Shown in pieces: positions 39,788 through 50,619 of a DNA stretch of 64,000 nucleotides. Origin of the DNA: Terriglobia bacterium (lineage in GTDB: Bacteria > Acidobacteriota > Terriglobia > Bryobacterales > Bryobacteraceae); assembly GCA_963788485.1 (NCBI GenBank), contig CAWBIS010000206.1, forward strand, positions 22,301-86,300. Direction: 5' to 3'. The stretch's first letter is position 1. The number at the start of each line of letters is the position of its first letter. The position numbers and the translations under genes were made by a program. The notes under the pieces are model-generated. The model was not told where the DNA came from. It was given only the letters and a program-made list of their open reading frames with translations, and ran no database searches.

Positions 39788-40576
39788 TTACAGCAGCAAT
39801 TCGACAACTTCACCGGGCCGCATGCCCAGCACCGCCGCCGCGCTCCTCTGATTCATCGAAACCTCCAGATATCCCGCGCTGCCCGCAATCACGAATAATT
39901 CCCCCACATCCACCTCCGCGTAATTCGTCGCAACGCGCGAGATCGAATGCGAGCCGATCCTCATCTCGAATGGCTGCTGCGCCAGCCGCTTCCATATGTC
40001 TGATTCAAAGTTCGTGATCACATTCCCGAATCGATCGACCTTAAGAATTGAACCCGTCCACCTTTTGTCCTCGGCTTGTCTCGGCCGAGCGAAATCGAGC
40101 CGTAGATAATCGTCGATCCGTTTGCCGAGCTTCGCCGGCGCGAGGCCCGTTGCCAGGTATGCTGCCGCCGGCGCAAAGATATCGCGTCCATGGAACGTCC
40201 GGCTGACTGGCTTGCGGAAATAGCGCGAAGCCGTAATCTCCCGCGCTTTATGATTCACTGCCGCATCGAACACCATCGTCAACACGCCGTTGTCCGGCGC
40301 CACAAAGCAATGACCGGCCGCTTCCACGACCATCGGCCGCCGCGTGCTTCCAACGCCCGGATCGACAACGATCAGATGAACCGAGCCTGTGGGGAAACAG
40401 GCCCACGCCTGCGCCACCGTATAGGCCGCTTCGACAATCGCAAAGGGCGCGATCTCATTTGAAATGTCGACCATTTGCGCGGCCGGACAGATTCCCAGCA
40501 TCACGCCTTTCATTGCGGCGACGTAGTGATCCATGGATCCAAAATCGGTAAGCAGAGTAATGACCGGGCGTTTCAT
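39788..40576 (-). CDS. SAM hydrolase / SAM-dependent halogenase family protein (DUF62)
   Basis: ITLLTDFGSMDHYVAAMKGVMLGI N-terminal signature. Length is 262 aa. Confidence 0.8.
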   Translation of the reverse strand: MKRPVITLLTDFGSMDHYVAAMKGVMLGICPAAQMVDISNEIAPFAIVEAAYTVAQAWACFPTGSVHLIVVDPGVGSTRRPMVVEAAGHCFVAPDNGVLTMVFDAAVNHKAREITASRYFRKPVSRTFHGRDIFAPAAAYLATGLAPAKLGKRIDDYLRLDFARPRQAEDKRWTGSILKVDRFGNVITNFESDIWKRLAQQPFEMRIGSHSISRVATNYAEVDVGELFVIAGSAGYLEVSMNQRSAAAVLGMRPGEVVELLL

Positions 40577-40605
40577 CGGCGGAGTTCTCGGTACACTGAA
40601 GTTAA

Positions 40606-41778
40606 ATGCAGCGGTTCTATTTCGACCACAACGCGACGACGCCGGTCGCGCCTGAGGTGCTGCGCGACCTCACGGAAACTCTGGTCGAAGTTTGCGGTAA
40701 CGCGTCCAGTATCCACCATTTCGGGCAGGCCGCCAAACAGCGCCTCGAAGCCTCGCGTCGCGAAATCGCCGCCCGCATCGGCTCCGATCCCAGGGAGATC
40801 GTGTTTACCAGCGGCGGCACCGAGTCGGATAATCTGGCGATCTTCGGTATTGTGCGCAAAAGTCTCGCGGCCGGCAATGCCGGTGGTCGCGTGCGCAACC
40901 ACGTCATCACCAGCGCCGTGGAACATCCCGCGGTTCTGAATGCCTGCGCGCAACTCTCGCGCGAGGGCGCGGAAGTGGCTTATCTGCCGGTGAGCGCCGA
41001 TGGAATCGTGCGCCTCGAAGACCTCAAGCGGACGGTTCGCCCCACTACGGCGCTCGTGACCATCATGCACGCAAACAACGAAACCGGGACCCTGCAGCCA
41101 GTGCGCGAAATCGCCACGCTGGCGCATTCCGCCGGCGCGGTCTTCCACTGCGACGGCGTCCAGGTGGCGGGGCGTTTCCCCGTCAATGTGCGCGAACTCG
41201 GCGTCGATCTGTATTCCATCAGCGGACACAAGTTCGGCGCCCCCAAGGGAATTGGCGCGCTTTACGTACGCAAGGGCATCGCGCTCGATCCCATGTTGTT
41301 CGGCGGCCATCACGAGCGCGACCGCCGTGCAGGCACCGAAAATGTTCCAGGCGCATCGGCTCTGGGCCGCGCTGCCGCACTCGGTACGAACTGGACGGAC
41401 ATCGCCGCACTGCGCGATCGGCTGGAGCGTGGCATTCTGGATCGCGTTCCCGGCGCTACCGTGAATGGCTCTCTCGAGCGCCGCATATCGAACACTACCA
41501 ATATCTGTTTCGACGGCATCGAAGGCGAAGCTCTGGTCATCGCTCTCGATCTGCGCGGATACGCTGTCTCAAGTGGTTCTGCCTGCTCCAGCGGTGCCGT
41601 TGAGCCGTCGCATGTTCTGCTCGCCATGGGGCTCGCGCCCGAAGCCGCAAGATCCAGCCTGCGATTTTCGCTGGGACCGGCAAACTCCGAGGCCGAGGTC
41701 GGCGGGCTGATCGAAGCGGTCGAAGCGAGCGTCGCCCATCTGCGGCGCATCTCGCCGGCGGCGGCGAAGTATGCCTGA
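40606..41778 (+). CDS. Cysteine desulfurase (NifS/IscS class V aminotransferase)
   Basis: PLP-lysine motif [17 protein letters not shown] and catalytic loop SSGSACSSG. Confidence 0.9.
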   Translation: MQRFYFDHNATTPVAPEVLRDLTETLVEVCGNASSIHHFGQAAKQRLEASRREIAARIGSDPREIVFTSGGTESDNLAIFGIVRKSLAAGNAGGRVRNHVITSAVEHPAVLNACAQLSREGAEVAYLPVSADGIVRLEDLKRTVRPTTALVTIMHANNETGTLQPVREIATLAHSAGAVFHCDGVQVAGRFPVNVRELGVDLYSISGHKFGAPKGIGALYVRKGIALDPMLFGGHHERDRRAGTENVPGASALGRAAALGTNWTDIAALRDRLERGILDRVPGATVNGSLERRISNTTNICFDGIEGEALVIALDLRGYAVSSGSACSSGAVEPSHVLLAMGLAPEAARSSLRFSLGPANSEAEVGGLIEAVEASVAHLRRISPAAAKYA

Positions 41779-42877
41779 TCTGATTGCGGTCGCCATGTCG
41801 GGCGGCGTCGACAGCTCCACCGTAGCCGCCCTGCTCAAGCGCGAAGGCCACAACATCGCCGGCCTGACCATGCAGCTCTGGAATCAGCGCCGTCTGCCCG
41901 AGGTTGCCAATACCGCAGAAGCGCCGACCGGCCGCTGCTGCTCGCTCGACGACGTCTACGATGCGCGCCGCGTGGCCGAACACGTCGGTATTCCGTACTA
42001 CGTGGTGAATCTCGAGCGGCAGTTCGAGAAGAGCGTGGTCGAGCCGTTTGTCGACGAATACCTTGCCGGACGCACGCCCGTCCCCTGTACGCTGTGCAAT
42101 ACCTTCATCAAGTTCGACCAGTTCCTCGATCTGGCGGATTCGATCGGCGCCGCCGCCGTGGCCACGGGCCATTACGCACGCATCACCCGCCATCCCGAGA
42201 CGGGCCGCTATGAGATGCGGACCGCCGTCGATCGTTCAAAAGATCAGACCTACTTCCTCTGGGGTCTGGCTCAGGAGCAGCTTGCGCGCACCCTGTTCCC
42301 GCTGGGAGAGATGACCAAAGCCGAAGTGCGCGCGCTCGCAGCCGAGTTCGATCTGCCGGTGGCCGCCAAGCATGAAAGCTACGAAATCTGCTTCGTGCCG
42401 AATGGAGATTATGCGGCATTCATGGACGCATATCTGCGCGAAAAAGGGATCGCGGCCGCTACGACCGAAGGCGCTATCGTCAATGCCCAAGGCCGCGAAC
42501 TGGGCCGTCACGCCGGTGCGCACCACTTTACGGTAGGCCAGCGCAAAGGCCTGGGAATCGCGGCCAGAGAGCCGCTCTACGTGATCGCTACCGATCCGCG
42601 ATCGCAAACCGTAACCGTCGGTTCGAACGACGATCTCCTGCGTCCCGGTCTGATCGCGCGCGATATCCGCTGGTTGTCCTGGTCCGGCCTCGCCGCACCC
42701 GCGCGGGTGCGTGTGCGCATCCGCAATCGTCACGTTCCCGCCGAAGCGACGCTCTATCCGCTTTCCGAGACCCGCGCCGAAGTCCGTTTCGACGAACCCC
42801 AAAGAGCCGTGACTCCCGGGCAGGCCGCCGTGTTCTATTCGGGTGACCTCGTCGCGGGCGGCGGCTGGATTGAATAA
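41771..42877 (+). CDS. mnmA: tRNA 2-thiouridine(34) synthase
   Basis: PP-loop [10 protein letters not shown], and CC..DD / TGHYAR / KDQTYFL motifs. Confidence 0.9.
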   Translation: MPDLIAVAMSGGVDSSTVAALLKREGHNIAGLTMQLWNQRRLPEVANTAEAPTGRCCSLDDVYDARRVAEHVGIPYYVVNLERQFEKSVVEPFVDEYLAGRTPVPCTLCNTFIKFDQFLDLADSIGAAAVATGHYARITRHPETGRYEMRTAVDRSKDQTYFLWGLAQEQLARTLFPLGEMTKAEVRALAAEFDLPVAAKHESYEICFVPNGDYAAFMDAYLREKGIAAATTEGAIVNAQGRELGRHAGAHHFTVGQRKGLGIAAREPLYVIATDPRSQTVTVGSNDDLLRPGLIARDIRWLSWSGLAAPARVRVRIRNRHVPAEATLYPLSETRAEVRFDEPQRAVTPGQAAVFYSGDLVAGGGWIE

Positions 42878-43799
42878 AGGGGACGTCCCCGACCGATCAG
42901 GCAAACGCTCGGGATTCCGCAATGCTTTCGAAGCCGCAATCGCGCGAGTTCTTGTCGCAACCCTGGAGTATGCCCCGAGGCCGCTGGCGAACTGGCTCGG
43001 ACACGTTTCCGCGCGGGTACTCGATAGCTGCATACCGCGGCTGCGCCGCATCGCCGAGCGCAACCTGACGCTGGCGTATCCCGATTGCGATGCGCGATGG
43101 CGAAGCCGGACGATCGACGGCGTGTTCGAATCCGTTGGCCGGCTCCTCGTGGCATTCGCCCGTTTTCCCGAAATCACCAAAGCCAATGTGGGCGAGTGGA
43201 TCCGCTATGAGGGCTTCGAACATTACCGTCGCGCCAAGGAGCGCGGCTGCGGTGTCCTGTTCGCGACAGCGCATCTCGGCAACTGGGAGTTGAGCGCCTA
43301 CGCCCACGCGCTGCTGACCGAACCGATGAACGTGGTGGTGCGGCCGCTGGACAATACGCTGATTGACGACATTGTCGAGCGCCGCCGCGCGCTATCGGGC
43401 AACAAGCTGCTTTCGAAGCGCGACTTCGCCCGTTCGATCTTTCATGCCCTGCGCGCCAATGAACCGGTGGGAATCCTGCTGGATCAGAACAGCTCGGCCG
43501 AGAATGGCGCATTCGTCCCCTTTTTCGGCATTCCGGCCTGCGCGAACCTCACGTTTGCCAAACTCGCCGCCCGCAGCGGCGCCGCTGTCATCCCGGGCTT
43601 CGCCGTCTGGAACGCGACCGAACGGAAGTATGTACTGAAGTTCTATCCCGAGGTCGACATGACCGGCGAGGCCGTCGAAGACACCCGCCGGATTCAGACG
43701 GCGATCGAAGCCGCGATCCGCGAAACGCCCGATCAGTGGCTCTGGATTCATCGCCGCTGGAAAACGCGTCCGGAAGGCGAACCGCCATTGTACGACTGA
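42843..43799 (+). CDS. Lipid A biosynthesis lauroyl/LpxL-family (lysophospholipid) acyltransferase
   Basis: HLGNWE acyltransferase motif and C-terminal [12 protein letters not shown]. The start is uncertain because the GTG at 42843 overlaps mnmA by 35 nt. Confidence 0.75.
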   Translation: MTSSRAAAGLNKGDVPDRSGKRSGFRNAFEAAIARVLVATLEYAPRPLANWLGHVSARVLDSCIPRLRRIAERNLTLAYPDCDARWRSRTIDGVFESVGRLLVAFARFPEITKANVGEWIRYEGFEHYRRAKERGCGVLFATAHLGNWELSAYAHALLTEPMNVVVRPLDNTLIDDIVERRRALSGNKLLSKRDFARSIFHALRANEPVGILLDQNSSAENGAFVPFFGIPACANLTFAKLAARSGAAVIPGFAVWNATERKYVLKFYPEVDMTGEAVEDTRRIQTAIEAAIRETPDQWLWIHRRWKTRPEGEPPLYD

Positions 43800-43955
43800 G
43801 GCTCGGCCTGCGTGAATTCGCGCAGACGCCGCGCGAGGCAACACCGCCAACTATTCCGCCACAGACGTAAGACATTTATGCGAAGGGTTTTAACGGCTTC
43901 TCATGGTGGTGAGGCGAATGCATCGGTATAACGCCGAAAGAAGGAAACGCCACCC

Positions 43956-44240
43956 ATGAAACTAACGAATGCCGAATTCTTAACGCTGGCGAAATCCCAC
44001 AAGACGTCAGCCGATCATCTGAAACTTGCGGAACATTTCACCGCTCACGCCGCCGAACACGAAGAAGACGCCAAAATTCAGGAAGAATTGGCCACGCCCT
44101 ACGAGAAGACCGAACCCAGGCTCGCCGGTGAGGCCCGGCATTACGCGGCGCATTCGCGCGAGGCCGCGGAGGCCATGCGCAGTCTGGCCAGCATCCATCA
44201 GGACCTTGCCAAAGAACATACGCACCACAGCCACGCTTGA
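43956..44240 (+). CDS. Small helical His-rich hypothetical protein
   Basis: 94 aa with repeated HxxAHAAEHEED / ARHYAAHSREAAEA elements, ending KEHTHHSHA. It lies directly upstream of the metal ATPase. Confidence 0.5.
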   Translation: MKLTNAEFLTLAKSHKTSADHLKLAEHFTAHAAEHEEDAKIQEELATPYEKTEPRLAGEARHYAAHSREAAEAMRSLASIHQDLAKEHTHHSHA

Positions 44241-44357
44241 CATTCCCCTGTGCAGGGCAGGTTGTTAACCTGCGGCGGATTGGCAATCCGCCTGGTCTCC
44301 CGATCGATAAAGCTGAGGCCGAGAGCCAATCGGCCGCCGATTCACAAGGGTACAGCC

Positions 44358-46274
44358 ATGGCAGACGGACACGCGCAAGCGGTTGAAGAAGTGGCAGTCG
44401 GCGTTTCTCATCACGAAGAACCTCACGATGAGGAGCACGGCGAGCATGAGCAGCACGATCGCGAATGGGTTCGGGTCGGTTTTGTAGCCCTCGTGATCGG
44501 CGTCGTGTGGTCGGGACTGGTTCCCCGCTTCCACGGCGTGGACCTGCTCGCGCTGGCGGGCATCCTGATCGGCGGGTACCCCATATTCAAAGAAGCCTTC
44601 GCCGATCTGGCCAAAGGCCGCATGACCATGGAGCTCTCCATGACCATCGCCCTGGTCGCGGCCTCCGCAATCGGCGAATTCTTTACCGCGCTGCTGATCA
44701 CCGTCTTTGTATTGATCGCTGAAATCATCGAAGGCATGACCGTCGGGCGCGGGCGCGGCGCCATCCGCCAACTACTCGATCTGTTACCGCAGACCGTCGA
44801 AGTTCGCGCGGATGGCGAGGTAGCGTCGCGCGATCTTTCCGGCCTGCACATCGGGGATGTGGTTCTGGTGCGGCCGGGAGGCCATGTTCCCGTGGATGGC
44901 GTGGTGGTGAACGGCCATTCCTTCGTCGATCAGGCGAACATCACCGGTGAGTCGATGCCGGTCGAAAAGGTTTCCGGCTCGCAGGTTTTCGCCGGAACCA
45001 TGAATCAGTCCGGCGTTCTCGAAATTCAGACGGAGAAGATCGGACACGACACCGCATTCGGCCGTATCATCGAACTGGTCGAAAGGGCCGAGCGCTCCCG
45101 CGCGCCGATCGAGAAAATTGCCGACCGTCTCGCGGGCTATCTCGTTTACTTCGCGCTGGCCTGCGCAGTCCTGACTTTCTGGATCACGCGCGATGCCCGC
45201 TCGACAATCTCCGTCATCGTGGTCGCGGGCGCCTGCGGCATCGCGGCGGGTACGCCTCTCGCGATTCTCGGCGCCATCGGCCGCGCCGCCCAGAAGGGCA
45301 TGATCATCAAGGGCGGCCGCTATCTGGAGGGCCTCAGCAACGTAAATGTAGTCGTGCTCGACAAGACGGGCACACTGACGCTCGGTACCCCCGAAGTGGT
45401 GAACGTAACGCCGGCGGAAGGCGTCCTCCCCGAAGATGTCATACGTATTGCGGCATCCGCCGAACGCTTTTCAGAACATCCTTTGGCCAGGGCGATCGTC
45501 CAGAAAGCCAACGCCGGTTCGATCGCCATCGCCGAGCCGGAAGACTTCCAGTATTTCCCGGGCAAGGGCATCGTATGCCAGGTTGCCGGCTCCCGCACCA
45601 TCGTCGGCACTCGCGCCCTGATGGCGCTCGAAGGAATTTCGGTACCGGCGCCCGACGGCCAGGTGCAGGAATCCTCCGAAGTCCTGGTTGCCGCGGCCGC
45701 GGAATACCTCGGCTCCATCCATATCGTGGACGTTGTGCGCAAAGAAGCCGGCGCGGCGATCCGCGAAATCAAAGCCATCGGCTGCCGCACGGTTCTTCTC
45801 ACGGGTGACCGCAAGGAAATCGGCGAGGCCATCGCGCGCGAGCTGGGGGTGGACGAAGTCCAGTGCCAACTCCTCCCGGAAGAAAAAGTGGAATGGGTGC
45901 GCGACCTTCGTCTCAAAGGCAAGTATGTGGTCATGCTGGGCGACGGCGTCAACGATGCCCCGGCGCTGAACGAGGCGGACGTAGGTGTCGCGATGGGCTC
46001 CGGAACCGACGTCGCTCGCGAAACCGCATCCGCAGTGTTGCTGGGTAACGATCTGCTGCGTTTCGCCGAAGTACTGAGGGTCGCGCGGCGGTGCCGGAAC
46101 ATCATCTACGCGAATTTCGCCGGAACCCTCATCGTGGATGGCGCGGGGGTGCTGCTCGCCGCCTTCGGCATGCTGAATCCGGTGCTGGCGGCGCTGATCC
46201 ATGTTTCCTCGGAGCTGTTGTTTATCGGCAACTCGGCCCGTCTGCTGCCGAGTCTGGCGGGAGGCAAGGACTAG
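44358..46274 (+). CDS. P1B-type (heavy-metal) P-type ATPase with a His-rich N-terminus
   Basis: DKTGTLT, TGD, GDGVNDAP and TGES motifs. The N-terminus is HHEEPHDEEHGEHEQHD. ATG at 44358. Confidence 0.85.
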   Translation: MADGHAQAVEEVAVGVSHHEEPHDEEHGEHEQHDREWVRVGFVALVIGVVWSGLVPRFHGVDLLALAGILIGGYPIFKEAFADLAKGRMTMELSMTIALVAASAIGEFFTALLITVFVLIAEIIEGMTVGRGRGAIRQLLDLLPQTVEVRADGEVASRDLSGLHIGDVVLVRPGGHVPVDGVVVNGHSFVDQANITGESMPVEKVSGSQVFAGTMNQSGVLEIQTEKIGHDTAFGRIIELVERAERSRAPIEKIADRLAGYLVYFALACAVLTFWITRDARSTISVIVVAGACGIAAGTPLAILGAIGRAAQKGMIIKGGRYLEGLSNVNVVVLDKTGTLTLGTPEVVNVTPAEGVLPEDVIRIAASAERFSEHPLARAIVQKANAGSIAIAEPEDFQYFPGKGIVCQVAGSRTIVGTRALMALEGISVPAPDGQVQESSEVLVAAAAEYLGSIHIVDVVRKEAGAAIREIKAIGCRTVLLTGDRKEIGEAIARELGVDEVQCQLLPEEKVEWVRDLRLKGKYVVMLGDGVNDAPALNEADVGVAMGSGTDVARETASAVLLGNDLLRFAEVLRVARRCRNIIYANFAGTLIVDGAGVLLAAFGMLNPVLAALIHVSSELLFIGNSARLLPSLAGGKD

Positions 46275-46277
46275 CGG

Positions 46278-48014
46278 ATGCACATTTCCGAAGGATTCCT
46301 GCCAATTGCGCACTGCATCGGCTGGGGTCTCGCGTCGCTCCCGCCCACTATCCTGAGCGTTCGCGCCATTACGAAGCAGATGGAGAGCAAACGCGAGAAT
46401 CGCGTGCTCCTTGCAGCCTCGGCGGCATTCCTTTTCACGCTGAGTTCCCTGCGCATGCCTTCCATCACCGGCAGTTCCTCGCATCCAACGGGAACCGCGG
46501 TCGGAACTTATTTGTTCGGACCCGAAGCCATGCCCGCTCTGGCGCTGATCACGCTGGTGTTCCAGGCTCTGCTGCTGGCGCATGGCGGATTGACTACCCT
46601 CGGAGCCAACCTGTTTTCTCTCGGCATCGTGGGGCCGTGGGTCACGTGGTTTTTTCTGAAATTCACCGCGAGATCCGGGCGTAACGGCAGCCGCGGAATC
46701 TTCGTCGCCACCGTCGCCGGCGACCTTGCGACTTACTTCACCACCGCAGTCCAGCTGGGCCTGGCCTATCCGTCGGCTCACGGCGGATTCAAAGCCTCGT
46801 TCCTCAAATTTTCGGGAATCTTCATGATCACCCAGATTCCCATTTCGATCGCCGAAGGGATGCTCACCGTCGCGCTGCTGGGCGCGCTTTCCGCGAGCCG
46901 TATGGAGGGTCTACAAGGCTCTTCCAACGCGGACGCGAAGCAACGGAAAACGGGTCTTCGAGCCCTGGCGGCGATCGGCCTCCTCGCCGCCATCGTAATC
47001 GCGCTGTTCTTCGCCAACGGCGTCACCAGGCCTCATGTGGGCAGCGACGATCAGGCGGAAGGGGCCGTATTGGTCCTGCGCCCCAACTACCACCCCATCG
47101 CTGTGCCGATCTGGACTCCCGGCCCATTGGCCGAGGGCGTATTGTTCGCCGCCCAGGGAGCGATCGGCGTGGGCATTCTCTGGTGGGCCGTCATAAGACT
47201 GCGTCGTTCCCATCGACCCGATTCCGGACCCGCCGCCGCTCATCACCACCTCCACATGCATCCGCATCTGAGCGATATCGCGTTCACCAATCAATGGCGA
47301 AACCGCAATCCGTGGGAAAAGGTTCTCTTCGGTGGCGGCTTTCTCGCGGTCACGCTGCTGATCCCACCCATGCCCGGGGCTATCGTAATCGCGGTGATTG
47401 TTTCGCTCGCCGCCATCGCCGGGGCGAAGATCCCACTCGCGAGCTGGCTGACCGTCCTTTCCATCCCGGTATCGTTCGCGATCCTGACAGCGGTCGGGAT
47501 CATGATTCAGATCGGCGGGACCGGTTCCGGATTTCCCGTGAGCGTCGACTGGAACAGTTTTCCGCTCGCCCTTGGCCTGCTCCTCCGCTCGACCGCCGCC
47601 ATCTCATGCCTCGCGTTCATCGGCTGGACGACGCCGCTGATGGAACTGATCCCCGTCTTCGGGCGCATCGGCATTCCAACCGTTCTCATCGATCTCGCGT
47701 TGATGATCTACCACTTCCTGTTCGTGACCGCGACTACGCTTGGCGAAATGCGCAGAGCCCAATCGTGGCGTCTGGGCCGCGCCGATTACCGCAGCCGTCT
47801 GCGGGCGCTCTCCATGCTCGCCAGCGGATTGTTCATTCGCTGCATCCAGCGTTTCCGGCGCCTCGAGGACGGCATGGCGTCGCGCGGCTATGAAGGGCGG
47901 CTCTGGGTGCTCGCACCCGACCGCGGCCCTTCGGCGGCATTCATCGGCGTGACACTCGCCCTGCAAGTCGGTCTGCTGGCGGCCGGTCTCGTCCTCTGGA
48001 GAGGAATTTTATGA
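46278..48014 (+). CDS. Fused ECF-type cobalt/nickel transporter components CbiM-CbiN-CbiQ
   Basis: N-terminus MHISEGFLP...HPTGTAVG...LLLAHGGLTTLGAN is CbiM-like. The middle part RKTGLRALAAIGLLAAIVIALFF...YHPIAVPIWTPGPLAEGVLFAAQGAIGVGILWW is CbiN-like. The C-terminal ~260 aa multi-TM part is CbiQ-like (T component). Confidence 0.7.
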   Translation: MHISEGFLPIAHCIGWGLASLPPTILSVRAITKQMESKRENRVLLAASAAFLFTLSSLRMPSITGSSSHPTGTAVGTYLFGPEAMPALALITLVFQALLLAHGGLTTLGANLFSLGIVGPWVTWFFLKFTARSGRNGSRGIFVATVAGDLATYFTTAVQLGLAYPSAHGGFKASFLKFSGIFMITQIPISIAEGMLTVALLGALSASRMEGLQGSSNADAKQRKTGLRALAAIGLLAAIVIALFFANGVTRPHVGSDDQAEGAVLVLRPNYHPIAVPIWTPGPLAEGVLFAAQGAIGVGILWWAVIRLRRSHRPDSGPAAAHHHLHMHPHLSDIAFTNQWRNRNPWEKVLFGGGFLAVTLLIPPMPGAIVIAVIVSLAAIAGAKIPLASWLTVLSIPVSFAILTAVGIMIQIGGTGSGFPVSVDWNSFPLALGLLLRSTAAISCLAFIGWTTPLMELIPVFGRIGIPTVLIDLALMIYHFLFVTATTLGEMRRAQSWRLGRADYRSRLRALSMLASGLFIRCIQRFRRLEDGMASRGYEGRLWVLAPDRGPSAAFIGVTLALQVGLLAAGLVLWRGIL

Positions 48015-48841
48015 CTTCGATTCTGGAAGCCCGCGGCGTGTCCTTTGCCTATGGACCCGGCAAATGGGCCGTTCACGATCTCAACTTCGCCTTGAAAAAA
48101 CCCGAACGCATTGCCCTGCTCGGAGCCAATGGCGTCGGCAAGTCCACCCTGATGCTGCTGCTGAACGGGACGCACCGGCCGCAGGAAGGGGAACTCTTCG
48201 TGCTCGGTGAACCCATCGACTACTCGCGTGCGGGCCTGCACAAGCTGCGGCGCCAGGTTGGAATGGTTCTTCAGGATCCGGACGACCAGCTCTTCGGCGC
48301 CACGGTGGAGCAGGACGTCGCTTTCGGCCCGTTGAACAATGGACTGGCGTCGGCGGAAGCGCGGGTGCTCGTGGACCAAACTCTGGAAAGGCTCGGCATC
48401 ACTCACCTCGCCGAACGGCCCATTCACGAACTCAGTCTGGGAGAAAAGAAGCGCGTGGCTCTCGCCGGTATCCTGGTGCTGCGGCCTCGCATCATCCTGC
48501 TCGACGAACCGACGGCCGGCCTCGACTTCGCCGGCGTCACCGCGATGCTGGGATTGCTCAGTGAACTCCACCGTGCCGGGACCACGCTCGTGATCAGCAC
48601 GCACGATACCGACCTGGCTTACGAATGGGCGAACGAATCCTGGGTGCTGGGAGACGGCCATATAGCCGCGCAGGGTCCGATGGCCGAGGTTCTGCGCGAT
48701 CGCGCCACGCTGCGGGAAGCGCATTTGAAAATACCCTGGCTCGTCGAGATGGGGCTGGCAATCGGCGCAGAGCCGCTGCCCGCTACGCACGACGAGTTGA
48801 TCCAGCGCATCCGGGAGCTCCGCCTCGCTTCAGTGGCGTAA
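48011..48841 (+). CDS. cbiO: ECF transporter ATPase (CbiO-like)
   Basis: Walker A GANGVGKST, signature LSLGEKKRVALAGIL and Walker B ILLDEPTAGLD. 4-nt overlap with the upstream gene. Confidence 0.85.
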   Translation: MTSILEARGVSFAYGPGKWAVHDLNFALKKPERIALLGANGVGKSTLMLLLNGTHRPQEGELFVLGEPIDYSRAGLHKLRRQVGMVLQDPDDQLFGATVEQDVAFGPLNNGLASAEARVLVDQTLERLGITHLAERPIHELSLGEKKRVALAGILVLRPRIILLDEPTAGLDFAGVTAMLGLLSELHRAGTTLVISTHDTDLAYEWANESWVLGDGHIAAQGPMAEVLRDRATLREAHLKIPWLVEMGLAIGAEPLPATHDELIQRIRELRLASVA

Positions 48842-48900
48842 TTCGGCAATCAGCGGAAGCGCGCCAATTATTTTGGTGTCGAGCAGGACAGGAGTCACAT

Positions 48901-49938
48901 CTATTTCGCCGTTATCGCGCCCCGCAGTTCCATCAGCAATCCATCCAGCGCAATCGTTTTCTGAATATTCCGCCGCAACAGCCCCGCGATTTCATCCACG
49001 CTCTTGACCGCGTGAATAATCCACGGCCGCGAAACCTTCTGCGCCAGCCCGCTCAACTCGTTGCGCAGATCGAAATTGCGAATCGCCGTGCCGCCTTCGC
49101 GCAGCACCGTGAGATCCCGCAGCAGATCGTAGAGCAGCTTCAGATATAACTCCAGCTTCTCGCTCCGGCTGCGGCCGAGCGTCTCCGAAACCGGCAGCCA
49201 TGCCGCATAGGTCGACGCTCCCGCGCCGGTCTTGAGCAACGCCAGCATCGCCGCCCGCCGCTTCTGAAACAGCTCGATGTCGAGCGAGGCCGCCACGCCC
49301 GGACTGCCTCCCGAAAGCGCGATCCGCCGCTCGGCATTATCCAGCTTGCGTGCGTGCGCGAACGCCTCCATCTCCTCGTTCGCAAGTGGCGAAAAATTGA
49401 GGATCACCGATCGCGAACGAATCGTCGGCAGGAGATCGTAAACGTTCTCCGCCGTGAGAATCAGGATCAGATGATCCGGCGGTTCTTCGAGCGTCTTCAA
49501 CAGCGAATTAGCGGCCTGTTCACCCGCGCGATCCGCCTGATCGATCAGGAATACGCGCCGATCCCCATGCAGCGGTTTATACTGCGCGAATTCCTTCAGT
49601 AATCGCATCTGCGGGATGCCGATCTGCCGCAGCGGGCCGTCCGGCGCGAAAGTCAGAAAATCGGGATGCGAGCCGAAGAACAACGGATCGTCGTTGCGTT
49701 TGTCGGCCGGTAGTTTCTCCCGCCCAACAATGGCTTCCACGTTCTCGGGGAGGCTCAGATCGTCATGCTCGATCTTTTCGGGCGATCCCAGCAGCCGCGC
49801 GGCAAATCGCCGCGCCAGCGTGGCTTTTCCCAAACCTTCGAGTCCGGCGAAAAGCATGGTCTGCTGAATTCGCTCCCGCACGATCATGCCCTCGAGCGCG
49901 TTCTGGACATGCAAATTGCCATGGAAATTCTCAAACAA
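48901..49938 (-). CDS. holB: DNA polymerase III subunit delta prime
   Basis: QQTMLFAGLEGLGKATLARRFAARLL, VFLIDQADRAGEQAANSLLKTLEEPP and IRSRS motifs. Confidence 0.85.
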   Translation of the reverse strand: MFENFHGNLHVQNALEGMIVRERIQQTMLFAGLEGLGKATLARRFAARLLGSPEKIEHDDLSLPENVEAIVGREKLPADKRNDDPLFFGSHPDFLTFAPDGPLRQIGIPQMRLLKEFAQYKPLHGDRRVFLIDQADRAGEQAANSLLKTLEEPPDHLILILTAENVYDLLPTIRSRSVILNFSPLANEEMEAFAHARKLDNAERRIALSGGSPGVAASLDIELFQKRRAAMLALLKTGAGASTYAAWLPVSETLGRSRSEKLELYLKLLYDLLRDLTVLREGGTAIRNFDLRNELSGLAQKVSRPWIIHAVKSVDEIAGLLRRNIQKTIALDGLLMELRGAITAK

Positions 49939-50578
49939 GATTGCCCACCGCCTCCCGGGTCTTTTCTCTGATCAGAGCCCCGACTTCGCCAATCCCGCCG
50001 CGCCCGTCGATCACCACGAAGCGTTCCGGCTCGGTCTCCGCCAGCGCCAGATATCCCTGCCGTACGCGTTCGTGAAACGCCGCGCTCTCCTCATCGATCC
50101 GCGACTCCGAAGCGCCCACCCGCTCATTGCGCCGCTTCGCCCGCATCAGACTGGTGTCGAGATCGATGTCGATCAGAAACGTGAGATCGGGCTTCAAACC
50201 CCGGCAGGCAATCAGGTCGAGCTCCAGCACCACGCTCACGTCGAGGCCGCGCCCGGCCCCCTGATAGACCAGCGTCGAATCCGTGAAACGATCGCACAAG
50301 ACAATGCGACCCGCATCGAGCCCGGGTCGAATCACCTGCTCCACATTCTGCGCGCGGCTGGCGAAATAAAGCAGCAGTTCCGTGCGCGGCTGAATCTCGG
50401 CGTTGGCGGGATCGAGCAGAATCTTTCGGATCTGCTGCCCGATGGCCGTTCCGCCCGGTTCCACCGTTTCCACCACCTCCATGCCGCGGTCTCGCAGCCA
50501 CGCGCCCAGCATGCGGAACTGAGTGGTCTTGCCGCATCCGTCGATACCTTCGAAAGTAATGAAGAGGCCGCGTGGCAT
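49931..50578 (-). CDS. tmk: dTMP kinase
   Basis: FITFEGIDGCGKTTQ P-loop and DRFTDSTLVYQG. ATG at 50578; the longer ORF to 50782 overlaps uppS. Confidence 0.9.
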   Translation of the reverse strand: MPRGLFITFEGIDGCGKTTQFRMLGAWLRDRGMEVVETVEPGGTAIGQQIRKILLDPANAEIQPRTELLLYFASRAQNVEQVIRPGLDAGRIVLCDRFTDSTLVYQGAGRGLDVSVVLELDLIACRGLKPDLTFLIDIDLDTSLMRAKRRNERVGASESRIDEESAAFHERVRQGYLALAETEPERFVVIDGRGGIGEVGALIREKTREAVGNLV

Positions 50579-50619
50579 TCTGTGTGCGAAATCGGAAGGA
50601 ACTCCGATTTTCGCAAACG

